Assembly (NCBI GenBank): GCA_964450635.1
Contig: CAYVDA010000001.1
Location: 4,368-68,367, forward strand
Reading direction: 5' to 3'
Origin: an uncultured Faecalimonas sp.
GTDB taxonomy: Bacteria; Bacillota; Clostridia; Lachnospirales; Lachnospiraceae
DNA: 64,000 bases
In this document: positions 32,873-43,098 of the stretch, piece after piece
Numbering within the stretch: the stretch's first letter is position 1
Layout: each line of letters begins with the position of its first letter
The notes under the pieces: model-generated
Database searches by the model: none
The model's input: only the letters and a program-made list of their open reading frames with translations
Told to the model about the DNA's origin: nothing
Position numbers and translations under genes: made by a program

Positions 32873-33553
32873 TTATTTTGTCGGATTTTTCTTCACTTGT
32901 TTGATCTTATTGCGGATAAACAGACTCGTAATCAAATTTCGGAGTCGATTCCGAAGTCGCCCACCAAAGATCTTATCTTTGGCTTCCAATCCCAGTCCCA
33001 TCCACAGTCTGGCATGGAGTGCCTGGCGATTCCGTGTGATAAATTGTTCCTGAATCGGAGACTCCCAGAAAGTCAGGATACATTCTGCTTCCGTTCCATT
33101 GATCAGATTCACAATATGATCATCGGAAATTCCCTGCTCTTCCAAGGTCGCCATTCCTGCTATGGTAATGCCGCTGTAATTCTCCTGAAAATATGCCTTC
33201 AGACGGTCTGCATCCTCGCTGTCCATAGTCAATAAGAAGATCTTCTGATGGTTCTTATGCAAATAGCAAAGGAACATTTTCAAAAATAGCATCTCATCTG
33301 CTTCTTTCAAAAGCCGTGCATCGGTCAAACCTGCGGAAGCCAGGACTTCCTTGTTCCCTGCAAAGGTAAAATCGAATTCCTGAAGCTGCTGTAATTCCAC
33401 TTCCTGTTCCATGATCTTCATCAAGGTCTGTAAGGTTACCATCTCTGCAACTTTAATCGGCTCATTCTGCATATATTCTACAACTTTTTGCATGGCTTCC
33501 TTTGCATGACAGCAACTGACAGCCACTTTCTGTACTTGTATTATCTTCTCCAT
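32873..33553 (-). CDS. WecB/TagA/CpsF-like protein, divergent
   Basis: Remnant TagA motifs (IFLL..., IVNLINGT..E, SPIQEQFI, WMGLG). Confidence 0.6.
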   Translation of the reverse strand: MEKIIQVQKVAVSCCHAKEAMQKVVEYMQNEPIKVAEMVTLQTLMKIMEQEVELQQLQEFDFTFAGNKEVLASAGLTDARLLKEADEMLFLKMFLCYLHKNHQKIFLLTMDSEDADRLKAYFQENYSGITIAGMATLEEQGISDDHIVNLINGTEAECILTFWESPIQEQFITRNRQALHARLWMGLGLEAKDKIFGGRLRNRLRNLITSLFIRNKIKQVKKNPTK

Positions 33554-33611
33554 ATACCTTCACCTGTATTACTCCCCAGCTGTGCAATTATACCAAACGC
33601 AGGCAATCTTT

Positions 33612-33806
33612 TCAAGACAGTTTCGGCATATTTCTCTTCTTTTTTGTAACCAAGCCGCCAATTCGTCCTGTTTCTTTGGAAGAAAGGGACTTCCATCCTT
33701 CCGTCATAACCTTGTCAAGAAGCCCTAATTCTTCCGCTATTTCATACTTTAATTGTTCCTCCCGGGTCATCTCCTCCCGAGGCGGAATCTGTCTTTGTTT
33801 ACCCAT
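33612..33806 (-). CDS. Small acid-soluble spore protein, alpha/beta type (SspF-like)
   Basis: KYEIAEELGL and GW..LSSKETGRIGG motifs. Confidence 0.85.
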   Translation of the reverse strand: MGKQRQIPPREEMTREEQLKYEIAEELGLLDKVMTEGWKSLSSKETGRIGGLVTKKKRNMPKLS

Positions 33807-33831
33807 TTTCCTATCCCCTTTCTTTTTCTAT

Positions 33832-33861
33832 GAGGATTGGCTAATTAGGTAAAATTTATAC
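33832..33861 (-). promoter_or_regulatory. Possible forespore (SigG/SigF-type) promoter for the SASP gene
   Basis: GTATA-18 nt-AATCCTC loosely matches the SigG consensus and sits directly upstream of a SASP gene. Confidence 0.3.
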
Positions 33862-33865
33862 CTGT

Positions 33866-36800
33866 TTAAGGGACTAAAATTTCTTCTTTTAAGCAGAAGG
33901 AGTAGATCCAGGCTTCTTTCACTTTTTTCCCGGTGAGGCGCTCTAAAGCCTCAGCATAATAACGAAGTTGTGCCTGATATCGGTCAAGCAAGGCCTGTGG
34001 TTTCTGTACCCGGTCTGTTTTGTAATCCATAACCACCAGACCGTCGTCTTCTTCCCACCAGACGTCAATGATACCTTCTACCAGCACCAGATCTTCTTTC
34101 GAGCTGTCGGCCTCAATGGTGCTGCTATCCACCCCAAGGACGAACGGTTGCTCCCGATGAAGAGTGCCTGCCCTTGCCGCCTTAGTCATACGTTGGCGCA
34201 AAGACTGTTTCCAAAAATCCAAAAGATCCCCCGGCCAGACAGTCTTGCCCATCTCTTCTTCTAGGAGTCCCTCCTGTATCTGTCTCCCGATTTCCTGCTG
34301 CAGAGAAGCCACGTCATACTCTTTGGTAAAATCCAAAAGTTCCATCACCCGATGATAGGCGCTTCCTCGCATAGCTCCGGTCAGCTCGCCTTTTTCTTTC
34401 AAAAACTGCGGAAGGTACGGAACCACTTCTTCCTCCGGAAACATCTCTGCTTCCTGCATCTCCTCATAAGCACGTTTTTTGAGTTCCGATACGCTCATGG
34501 TCTGATAGAGTTTCACGGAAGCCGCATAAGGATATTGATAAGAAAACTGTTCTTCCATTCGCTTTCTGGTATCTTCCTCGTAGACTAAAGTCGTATCAAA
34601 ATCTTCTAGTTCCTGTTGCAGATAATTTTTTTTCAATTCCTGCCCAAGCTCTAAGACCCCTAAGTCTTCCGCCTGAACATAGCGGACTTTTAGATAGGCT
34701 TCTTCCTGATAGCAGGCATTGGTAAATGGCGCTTCCATCTCCTGCCCATTTAAAAAATCTGCCATGGCATGATTGCGATAAGCTGCCGGCAGGATCCAAT
34801 CAAAATAAGATTTGGCTTCACTGATTCCCCGGTAAGTCAAAGTAGGATCTTTTCGCTTCTGGTAGGTTTCTCCCCATTTCTCCAGGCACCGGATAAACTG
34901 ATTCTGACAGCCTACCAAAATAAGTTTTTCCTTGGCTCTTGTCATGGCAACGTAGAGGATTCGCATCTCTTCTGCCACCGCATCCATCTGCAATCGTTTG
35001 CAAATGACTGCCTTTAACGCAGTTTCACTCTTACTTCGCTTCTCGGCATCGATGGCATCTAATCCCACCCCTAAGGTCGGATGAATCACCACGTTATCTT
35101 TCATCTCTCTGGAAGAAAACTGATGTCCCATATGCATCACGAAGACCACCGGAAATTCCAAACCTTTGCTCTTGTGTATGGTCATCAGGCGAACCACCTG
35201 CTGCTGGCCATCCTGGATATTGGCTTCTCCATAGTCCACTTCATATTTTTGTAACTGTTCCATATAGCGAACGAAATGGAACAGACCTTTGTAACTTGTT
35301 TTTTCAAAATCTTTCGCTTTTTCTAGGAGCATCTGAAGGTTGGCCTTCCGCTGCTCTCCACCCGGCATCGCTTCAATATAGTCGCCATATCCGGTTTTTT
35401 CAAGAATTTCGCAGAGAAGATCGTAGATTGACAGGTATGCTGTCTTTCTTCGATACCTGTGCAAAAGTACAAAGAAGGCCTCTACCTTTTCCCGAAGGAT
35501 TCCATCCTCCCCCTGCTCCCAATATTCTTTCAAACGGGTATAGAAATCCCGGCCTTCGCTCTGACATTTTAAAATAGCAAGCTCTTTACTGGTAAGCCCC
35601 ACCATCGGTCCGGTAAGAACTGCTGCCAGAGGTATATCCTGCTGCGGATTATCCAACACCCGTAGAAAATCCATCAACAGCTGAATCTCTGTGGTCTGAA
35701 AATAACCGGTCTTGGAGGATACATAAGTCGGAATGCCTTTTCCATTTAGAATGGCAGCAATCTTCTCCCCATTCCCTTTTAGGGAACGAATTAAAATCAC
35801 GATATCGTTATAGGTAACCGGGCGCAATTGACCGGTCCCTTTGTCCACTACCTGATGGTGCTCCACAAGATCTTGAATTCGATCTGCCACAGCCAGGGCT
35901 TCCGCTTCCAAGGTGTCTTCGGACTGGAACTGACTTTTTTCTAAGACCAGAATCTCCGTCTCATTTCCCTCGTATTCCGGATAGGAAGCTCCCACATAGA
36001 GGGCTGCCTTCTCGTCATATTCGATTCCCCCGAACTCTTCTGTCATACATTGCCGGAAGAAATAGTTGGTGCTGTCTAAGACTTCCCGGCGGCTCCGGAA
36101 ATTCTGATGCAAATCAATTCTGCGCTCTTTTGCCCCTTGTTGACCATACGTATTATATTTTTCCATGAAAAGCTCCGGCCTTGCCAGTCGGAACCGGTAA
36201 ATACTCTGTTTTACATCCCCTACCATGAAGATGTTCGGATTTCCCCGGTCACATTTGGACACGCTTCGAAGCAAAGTCTCCTGCACAAAGTTACTGTCCT
36301 GATACTCGTCAATCATAATTTCCCGATATCTGTCCTGATAGACTTTCGCTACGGCAGATGGCTTTAAGATGCCGTCCTGCTCTTCCGTCAGAATCTGCAG
36401 TGCCAGATGCTCCATATCGTGAAAATCAATAAGATTTTTGCTTCGTTTCTTCCGGGCAAAGTCTTCCATAAAGGCTTCTGTCAACTCAGCCAACATGGCC
36501 ATGTGGGGCGCTGCCATTCCCATATACCACTCCAACGCCTCCGGACTTTGGGCAAAATATGTTTGCATTAATTTGCCAATCTCTTTCTTAATCTCATCCC
36601 GACCTTTCTTCACTTTCTCTTTCAAGTCCTCGTCAATCTCCTTATCGGTGCAACGGGCTAATTTGCTAAAAGAAAGTTGCCGCAGCTTCCCTTGCATCGC
36701 CGCATAGGTCTCGCAGGATAGCAGTTCCCCTAGTATCGCGCAATCATCCAGTACCGCCTCCTGATACATATATGGGCCGCCCGGCTCCCGGCACAATTCC

Positions 36801-37504
36801 AGAAGTTGTCTTGCAAGCTGCTGCAGGTCTTCTAGGTACCGTTTGGCATAAGCCAATAGTTCCCGGACAAAAGTCAGCTCTTCTAAGGTCTCCTCACCGG
36901 AAAACGTATAGTTCTGCACGCACTCCTGAAGCCATTTTGCCGGCTGTGCATAACTTTGGGAATATCGATATAATTGCAGAATCCGCTCCTCGATGGTCTT
37001 ATCGTCTCTGCCATCTGCATAGCTTTCTACAAAATCCAGGAATTCCGGTTTCCCTTCCTCATAATAACGCTCCAGCAATGCATCCAGCACATCATGCTGC
37101 AATAATCGCATCTCTCCGTCTTCCCCGGTCCGATACCCGGGATCCAGATCGATGACGTGAAAATATTCTTTGATCACAGACAGGCAGAAGCTGTGAGTCG
37201 TCATAATCTGAGCACTGTGAATCAGAGAGGTCTGACGCTGCAGATGTTCATTTTCCGGATCTTGTTCTAAGGCTTTTTCGATGGCATTACGAACACGCTC
37301 TTTCATTTCCCCGGCAGCAGCATCTGTAAAGGTGACCACAAGAAGTTCATCTACGGATACCGGTGGTTGATCTTGTGTCAGCATCTTGATAATGCGCTCT
37401 ACTAAGACCGCTGTCTTACCGGAGCCCGCCGCTGCCGCTACCAACAGATTGCAATCTCTGGCATCAATTACCTGTTGTTGATCTGGTGTAAATCTTACTC
37501 CCAA
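33866..37504 (-). CDS. addA: Helicase-nuclease AddAB subunit A
   Basis: AAAGSGKTAVL, IDEYQD, VGDVKQSIYRFR, TIHKSKGLEF; nuclease GIID...DYKTD. Confidence 0.96.
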   Translation of the reverse strand: MGVRFTPDQQQVIDARDCNLLVAAAAGSGKTAVLVERIIKMLTQDQPPVSVDELLVVTFTDAAAGEMKERVRNAIEKALEQDPENEHLQRQTSLIHSAQIMTTHSFCLSVIKEYFHVIDLDPGYRTGEDGEMRLLQHDVLDALLERYYEEGKPEFLDFVESYADGRDDKTIEERILQLYRYSQSYAQPAKWLQECVQNYTFSGEETLEELTFVRELLAYAKRYLEDLQQLARQLLELCREPGGPYMYQEAVLDDCAILGELLSCETYAAMQGKLRQLSFSKLARCTDKEIDEDLKEKVKKGRDEIKKEIGKLMQTYFAQSPEALEWYMGMAAPHMAMLAELTEAFMEDFARKKRSKNLIDFHDMEHLALQILTEEQDGILKPSAVAKVYQDRYREIMIDEYQDSNFVQETLLRSVSKCDRGNPNIFMVGDVKQSIYRFRLARPELFMEKYNTYGQQGAKERRIDLHQNFRSRREVLDSTNYFFRQCMTEEFGGIEYDEKAALYVGASYPEYEGNETEILVLEKSQFQSEDTLEAEALAVADRIQDLVEHHQVVDKGTGQLRPVTYNDIVILIRSLKGNGEKIAAILNGKGIPTYVSSKTGYFQTTEIQLLMDFLRVLDNPQQDIPLAAVLTGPMVGLTSKELAILKCQSEGRDFYTRLKEYWEQGEDGILREKVEAFFVLLHRYRRKTAYLSIYDLLCEILEKTGYGDYIEAMPGGEQRKANLQMLLEKAKDFEKTSYKGLFHFVRYMEQLQKYEVDYGEANIQDGQQQVVRLMTIHKSKGLEFPVVFVMHMGHQFSSREMKDNVVIHPTLGVGLDAIDAEKRSKSETALKAVICKRLQMDAVAEEMRILYVAMTRAKEKLILVGCQNQFIRCLEKWGETYQKRKDPTLTYRGISEAKSYFDWILPAAYRNHAMADFLNGQEMEAPFTNACYQEEAYLKVRYVQAEDLGVLELGQELKKNYLQQELEDFDTTLVYEEDTRKRMEEQFSYQYPYAASVKLYQTMSVSELKKRAYEEMQEAEMFPEEEVVPYLPQFLKEKGELTGAMRGSAYHRVMELLDFTKEYDVASLQQEIGRQIQEGLLEEEMGKTVWPGDLLDFWKQSLRQRMTKAARAGTLHREQPFVLGVDSSTIEADSSKEDLVLVEGIIDVWWEEDDGLVVMDYKTDRVQKPQALLDRYQAQLRYYAEALERLTGKKVKEAWIYSFCLKEEILVP

Positions 37505-40500
37505 GTCTCTGCCTCCTCTCTGATTTTATTCATAATCTCTTCTTTTTTCTCTGCTTCTAATTCCCGATAAGCATAACCGGAAATCTTCGGATCGAATTTG
37601 CAGATTCCTTTGTATGGGCAATAACTGCATTTGGTTTTTTGCCCTTTTCGATACGGGTTCTGGTCCACATCTCCCTGCAAAATTGCATTTGCTGCCTGCT
37701 TCATCTTCTCTAGGGCATAACGGTTCGCCAATTGAAATTCCTCTGTGGTCATCACCTTGGAGCTTGCCAGAAGGTTGCCCTTCGCACCTCGTTTTACCGG
37801 AATCACTTCCGATTCTTTCTCCATCTTTCGGTCTAGCAAATGAAGAATCTCTTCCTTAGAATTCACCATGCCATCCGGGCATAATTTTTCCATAATGGCT
37901 TTGGTAATTGTCGCCTCATCTCCATCCGGCACAAGCGGATCCTGAATCCGATAATAGAAGATGGCTGCCGGCAGAATCTCTTTCTGTGGATACCGTTTCT
38001 GCTCCATATCCATGGCAACCAGCATATAGGTAGCCAGCTGCATCTGAAGACCTTGATAGAGGTCGCTAATGTCAAATAATTTTCTTCCGGTCTTATAATC
38101 CGTCACTTTGACATAGACTGCATCTTCCTGCTCGCATATATCAATACGGTCAATCTTTCCCTGTAAAATCATACGATTCCCCTCGTCAAGTTCCAGATTG
38201 CAGACAGAGAGACCTGTCTCTTTGCCAAAGGAAACTTCGTAGGCCACAGGCACAAATTCTCCATGGCGAAGCTGATTTGTCATCGCCCAGATGGTTCGTT
38301 TCATCATCCGTGCCAGGCGATTTTTTACATATCCATCCCGGGCTGTCTCTGAGATAATGGAAGAAGCATACTGTTCCAATGTCTCGGCAATGCTTTCTCC
38401 CACAATCTTCTCCTGCAAGGATTCCGAAATCTCTGTCCAGGATTGCTCCTTCGCCCGTAGTTTCTTCGCATAGAGTTCCAAAGCCCGATGGAACATGGTT
38501 CCAAAATCCAGAGAACGGAATTCATATTCTTCCCGCTCTCTAAGCCCCAAACCATACTCCATGAAATGCGCATAGGCACAAGATGTGAAGGTTTCCAATC
38601 GAGTGATACTGTTTTTCAGGATTTTGCCATAGAGCTGCTGTGCCAGTTCTTTTCCCAAGGTGCCATCCGGCTTCTCTAGGAATGCCGCGGTCAGAATCTG
38701 CTGCATCTTCTCCTGCCACTCCGGCTGGCTCTTATACCATCGATACCATTCTTTCCACATAGGGCTTTGTCGAAGTTCCTCCTCCCGCAATCCACGAATC
38801 ACGTAAGAGAGGCCGCTCTCTGCCGTCTGCTCCATCAAAAGGGCATCCTGTGGCACTTCCTGTACCCTCAGCTTCGGAAATAGCTGGCAAAGATTGCCAA
38901 TGACATAGGATGGCCGCATGGTATCCTTTTCCCCTTTCATCCGACAATAGGTCAGATAGAGGACTTCTGATGGCTTACTCATATGCATATGCAGATAGAA
39001 ACGCTGCACATAGAGTTTTTCTTTGGCTCCCGGTGCTAAGGTCACTCCTTTTTGCGCCAAGGTGCTGCGGTCCGCATCGGACAACAGGCCGCCACCGCCC
39101 AGATTTCCTGGGATGTAGGCATCGCTCATCCCCACCAAGAAGAGGGCTTTCACTTCCGGAAGCCGGGTTCTCTCAATATCTCCTACTACAATTTGATCCA
39201 TTCCCGGTGGTACCGTTCCCACTTTTGCCTGAGCCAGACCTGCATCCAGAAGTTCGCAATATTCTTTCATGGAAATCCGCTCATCCCCCAGAAGTTCCAC
39301 GAATTTATCAAAGAGATCCATAACGATCCGATAGATCTGGGCATACTCCCTAGCCAGAACCAACTCGCCCTCGGCTTCAAACCATTCCTGGCTTGTCTTC
39401 ATCTTCTGCTGAAGCTGTTCCTGTAAAAAGAACTGATGCAGCGCAAAGGTCACCTGGTAAACGGTCTTATTCCGGCTCTTTAATACACCGAAAACTTCCT
39501 GCCGCCGTTCCATAAATCGGCTCCGAAGTCCCTCTAATTCTGCCACATCCTCTTCGGTAAAAAATCCGGTCCGCACAGTCCAAGGCTCCGCCCATTTTTT
39601 ATATCCCCGGATTCCTCTGGCCAGAACATAATTCTCCATCCGGTCCACTTCTTCTTCCGTAAATTCCGTAAGCCCGGTACGCAGATATCGAAAAACGCTG
39701 GTATAAGCGAAATTCTGCTCCACCATTTCTAAAAGGCTTCGGATATATTCCACCAAACCATTGAGTAAAACACTTCGCTTAGAATCCATAAATACCGGAA
39801 GTTCATAGGTGCGAAAGGCTCCTTCAATGGCTTTTTGGTAGGTTTCCATATCGGAGACAATGACTCCGATTTCCCGATAGCGATATCCCCTCTCTCGTAC
39901 CAGCCGGCGAATCTCCTGGGCCACAAATCCCATTTCTTCTCTGGCATCCCGCGCTCCATACAGGGCAATCTCCTCCTGCTCTTCTTCATATGGAGCCGCA
40001 CCATAGGTAAAGAGATGTTGTTGCAGATAAGAAAGGGCTCTCTTCTGTCGCAGACGATAGGAAGGCGTTGCCTCCATCCGCACCTCCGGCTCTACCGCAA
40101 TCCCGGTTTCTCTCGCCAACTGCAATAATCCGGTCACCATCTGCTTACTTAGGGCGTAGAGTTGGTAGGGATGCTCATAGACAGAAAGATTGGTATGGGC
40201 ACCTGCCAATACACTGACATATATTTTCTCACAGCAAAGTGCCAGCTTACGCAGAACTTTCATCTGTACCGGCGTAAATCCGGTAAATCCATCCAGCACA
40301 ATAATACTGTCTTTTAAAAAGGCAGATTTGGAAATCACCTGGCATAACACACTCAGCATCTCCTCGCTGGTGATATATTTCTCTTCCAAAAAGGCATAGA
40401 ACTCCCGATATAGGAGAGCAAAATCCTGCAACTTATAGGACAGGGCGTTCTCCTCTCCCAGTGCGTTGGCCGCTTGAAAAAGAGCTTCCTCTCCCACTCC

Positions 40501-40896
40501 ATACTGGGTCAGCTCAGAGATAACAGATTTGACCTCATCCATATAGCCGATTTTATTTAAGTTGTTGCGCAGGACTTTCAGATTCCCTTCCTGTTGACGT
40601 GCAATCTTCTTGAGGACAAAATTTTTCCCCGTGTCATCTAAGAGCATTCGTTTGTTCTGACCGGTCTCCTCAAAGACACGATGGGCCAGCCGCCCGAAGC
40701 TCAGCACATCCACATTGAGCATTCCTTTTTGTGGACTTTGATTGACAAAATCCCGTTTTGCCTGCATGGTATACTGATCCGGAACCAGAATCACATACTG
40801 TTGATTGGTCCGCTCTTTGGCCTCTTTGATAATATGTTCATATAAATAATGGGACTTCCCTGAACCGGAAGGCCCCACAATCAATTGCAGACTCAA
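37495..40896 (-). CDS. addB: Helicase-nuclease AddAB subunit B
   Basis: [20 protein letters not shown] and Fe-S cysteines (CAY...CSYCPYKGIC). Confidence 0.95.
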   Translation of the reverse strand: MSLQLIVGPSGSGKSHYLYEHIIKEAKERTNQQYVILVPDQYTMQAKRDFVNQSPQKGMLNVDVLSFGRLAHRVFEETGQNKRMLLDDTGKNFVLKKIARQQEGNLKVLRNNLNKIGYMDEVKSVISELTQYGVGEEALFQAANALGEENALSYKLQDFALLYREFYAFLEEKYITSEEMLSVLCQVISKSAFLKDSIIVLDGFTGFTPVQMKVLRKLALCCEKIYVSVLAGAHTNLSVYEHPYQLYALSKQMVTGLLQLARETGIAVEPEVRMEATPSYRLRQKRALSYLQQHLFTYGAAPYEEEQEEIALYGARDAREEMGFVAQEIRRLVRERGYRYREIGVIVSDMETYQKAIEGAFRTYELPVFMDSKRSVLLNGLVEYIRSLLEMVEQNFAYTSVFRYLRTGLTEFTEEEVDRMENYVLARGIRGYKKWAEPWTVRTGFFTEEDVAELEGLRSRFMERRQEVFGVLKSRNKTVYQVTFALHQFFLQEQLQQKMKTSQEWFEAEGELVLAREYAQIYRIVMDLFDKFVELLGDERISMKEYCELLDAGLAQAKVGTVPPGMDQIVVGDIERTRLPEVKALFLVGMSDAYIPGNLGGGGLLSDADRSTLAQKGVTLAPGAKEKLYVQRFYLHMHMSKPSEVLYLTYCRMKGEKDTMRPSYVIGNLCQLFPKLRVQEVPQDALLMEQTAESGLSYVIRGLREEELRQSPMWKEWYRWYKSQPEWQEKMQQILTAAFLEKPDGTLGKELAQQLYGKILKNSITRLETFTSCAYAHFMEYGLGLREREEYEFRSLDFGTMFHRALELYAKKLRAKEQSWTEISESLQEKIVGESIAETLEQYASSIISETARDGYVKNRLARMMKRTIWAMTNQLRHGEFVPVAYEVSFGKETGLSVCNLELDEGNRMILQGKIDRIDICEQEDAVYVKVTDYKTGRKLFDISDLYQGLQMQLATYMLVAMDMEQKRYPQKEILPAAIFYYRIQDPLVPDGDEATITKAIMEKLCPDGMVNSKEEILHLLDRKMEKESEVIPVKRGAKGNLLASSKVMTTEEFQLANRYALEKMKQAANAILQGDVDQNPYRKGQKTKCSYCPYKGICKFDPKISGYAYRELEAEKKEEIMNKIREEAETWE

Positions 40897-40907
40897 ATCG
40901 TCTCCTC

Positions 40908-42146
40908 CTATCTCACTTTCTCCGCCAATTCACTCGGCACATAACCGGCTGCATAAATGCCATCTTCCCGATACTCTTCTTTCAGGAGTTCTCCGTATTT
41001 TCGAATAAGCTGAATCTTTCCTGCTTCCCCATAGGAAAATAATTTCTCCACATAAATTTTCTGCTCTCGAAGGATGGTCTCAATCATTTCCATAAGAGTA
41101 TCTAATCCTTCTTTTGTCTTTGCAGAGATTGAAAGGGTCTTATCCGCTTTGAAATCCCGCAAAATTACCGGTTCTGCCAGTCGATCCATTTTATTAAAGG
41201 CGGTAATGATTGGTTTCTCCTTCACTTCCAGACTTTCTAAGGTCTCGTAGACAATATGCATCTGCTCATCCATCTGTACATTGGAGCTATCCACCACATG
41301 CAAGATAATATCTGCATATTTGGCTTCCTCCAGGGTGCTTCGGAAAGCCTCAATGAGGTGATGGGGCAGTTTCCGAATAAATCCAACGGTATCTGTCAGA
41401 AGAATCTCTTGTTTGCTCGGCAATTTGAGATTCCTCGTGGTCGGATCCAATGTGGCAAATAATTTGTCCTCTTCCAGCACGCCGGCTCCGGTTAAAGTAT
41501 TGAGGAGTGTAGATTTTCCTGCATTGGTATAACCCACAATGGCAACCACCGGAATCTGATTCTTCTGCCGCTGCTCCCTTGTCAGCTCTCGATGACGTTT
41601 GACTTCTTTTAATTCCCGATTCAACTGGGCAATCCGATTCTTTATCAGTCGTCTGTCCATCTCCAGCTTCTTCTCTCCCGGTCCCCTGGTGCCGATTCCC
41701 CCACCAAGACGGGACAGGCTCCGTCCAAGGCCGGTAAGCCGGGACTGTCTGTATCTTAATTGGGCAAGTTCTACCTGCAGCTTTCCTTCGCTGGTGGAAG
41801 CGCGCCCTGCAAAAATATCCAATATAATTAAAGTTCGATCCATGACTTTGGTATCTAACATATCTTCTAAGTTCCCTAGCTGCACCGGAGAGAGTTCATC
41901 ATCACAGACAATTCCGGTAGCATCCGTCTCCCAGATCAGATCCTTGATTTCTGCAATCTTTCCTTTTCCCACATAGGTTGCCGGATGTTCCTGATCCAGA
42001 TTCTGGATGACTCTGCCCACTACCTCAGCACCTGCTGTATGAACCAGTTCTTCCAACTCATCCAGGGACTTCTCCGTATCGTCGTTCTGGAAGGTGTGAA
42101 CCCCTACCAAAATCACTTTTTCACACATGTTTTCTAACTCAATCAT
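40908..42146 (-). CDS. hflX: GTPase HflX
   Basis: GTRGPGE, GYTNAGKSTL, LFATLD, DTVGF and NKMD motifs. Start after GAGGAG. Confidence 0.96.
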   Translation of the reverse strand: MIELENMCEKVILVGVHTFQNDDTEKSLDELEELVHTAGAEVVGRVIQNLDQEHPATYVGKGKIAEIKDLIWETDATGIVCDDELSPVQLGNLEDMLDTKVMDRTLIILDIFAGRASTSEGKLQVELAQLRYRQSRLTGLGRSLSRLGGGIGTRGPGEKKLEMDRRLIKNRIAQLNRELKEVKRHRELTREQRQKNQIPVVAIVGYTNAGKSTLLNTLTGAGVLEEDKLFATLDPTTRNLKLPSKQEILLTDTVGFIRKLPHHLIEAFRSTLEEAKYADIILHVVDSSNVQMDEQMHIVYETLESLEVKEKPIITAFNKMDRLAEPVILRDFKADKTLSISAKTKEGLDTLMEMIETILREQKIYVEKLFSYGEAGKIQLIRKYGELLKEEYREDGIYAAGYVPSELAEKVR

Positions 42147-42173
42147 CCACGCTCTCCTCTCGTCCGTCCACAC

Positions 42174-42755
42174 CTAGCGATTCACAAAATCCAATTCCTC
42201 TTTGGCATCCTCCGCCTCTGGAAATTCCTTCACAAACGCTTCTAAGTAGGTCTTCGCCTGCTCCCAATCGCCTAATTTTTCACAGGCAACGATGCGATTC
42301 TTGCTCATTTCCTGCCTGCGCTCTGCCTCACCTTCGGTAAATGCTAAACCTTTGGTATAGATCTCGCAAGCCTTCTCATATTGCTCCAATTTCATATAGC
42401 AGCTTCCAAGCATCTGGCAGAAAATAATATCCTCTGTCGTCCCCAAGTCTTTCGCCTTCTGAAACTGTTCTGCCGCCTTCGCATATTCTTCCATTCCATA
42501 GTAAGCCAGAGCTAGACCCCGGCAAAGTTCCGGTTTCTCTCCATCTTCCTCGATGCTTTTGGCAAAATGGGTGACTGCTTCCTGATACTTTCCTTCTTCC
42601 AAGGAATTGGCTCCCAGTTTCTCCTCCCGTTCCTGATAGGTTGCAAAACAAACCAAACCGGCAGCTACAAGCAAAAATAGAAGGATCCCCAGTATGATCT
42701 TCTTTCTTCTCTGTCTTCTTCGATCTCGGAATAATCGTTTCGATCTCCTTCGCAT
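42174..42755 (-). CDS. Membrane-anchored tetratricopeptide repeat protein
   Basis: Basic N-terminus, one TM, TPR-like repeats (YQEAVTHF, YAKAAEQF, YEKACEIY). Confidence 0.8.
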   Translation of the reverse strand: MRRRSKRLFRDRRRQRRKKIILGILLFLLVAAGLVCFATYQEREEKLGANSLEEGKYQEAVTHFAKSIEEDGEKPELCRGLALAYYGMEEYAKAAEQFQKAKDLGTTEDIIFCQMLGSCYMKLEQYEKACEIYTKGLAFTEGEAERRQEMSKNRIVACEKLGDWEQAKTYLEAFVKEFPEAEDAKEELDFVNR

Positions 42756-42765
42756 AACAATCCCC

Positions 42766-43098
42766 CTATTCTGCAATGTGTTCCATTCCCTGGTTCAAAA
42801 TAGACTGAATGTGCCCATCTGCCAGAGAATAATAGATCGTCTTACCCTCTCGTCGATTCTTGACTAATTTCATCTGTTTGAGCACCCGCAATTGATGGGA
42901 AACCGCCGACTGGGTCATGCCCACCACTTCTGCCAGACCGCATACGCACAGCTCGCCCTGAAACAGAGCACACAAAATCTTAATTCTAGTCGCATCTCCA
43001 AATACTTTATAAAATTCTGCCAAAGAGGCAATAATTTCCTCCTTCGGCATGCCATCCTCAATCTGATGGACAATACTATCATGGGTGTGTGTTTCCAT
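42766..43098 (-). CDS. ArsR/SmtB family metalloregulator
   Basis: FGDATRIKIL, ELCVC, QSAVSHQLRVL, YYSLADGH and MEH metal-site motifs. Confidence 0.92.
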   Translation of the reverse strand: METHTHDSIVHQIEDGMPKEEIIASLAEFYKVFGDATRIKILCALFQGELCVCGLAEVVGMTQSAVSHQLRVLKQMKLVKNRREGKTIYYSLADGHIQSILNQGMEHIAE

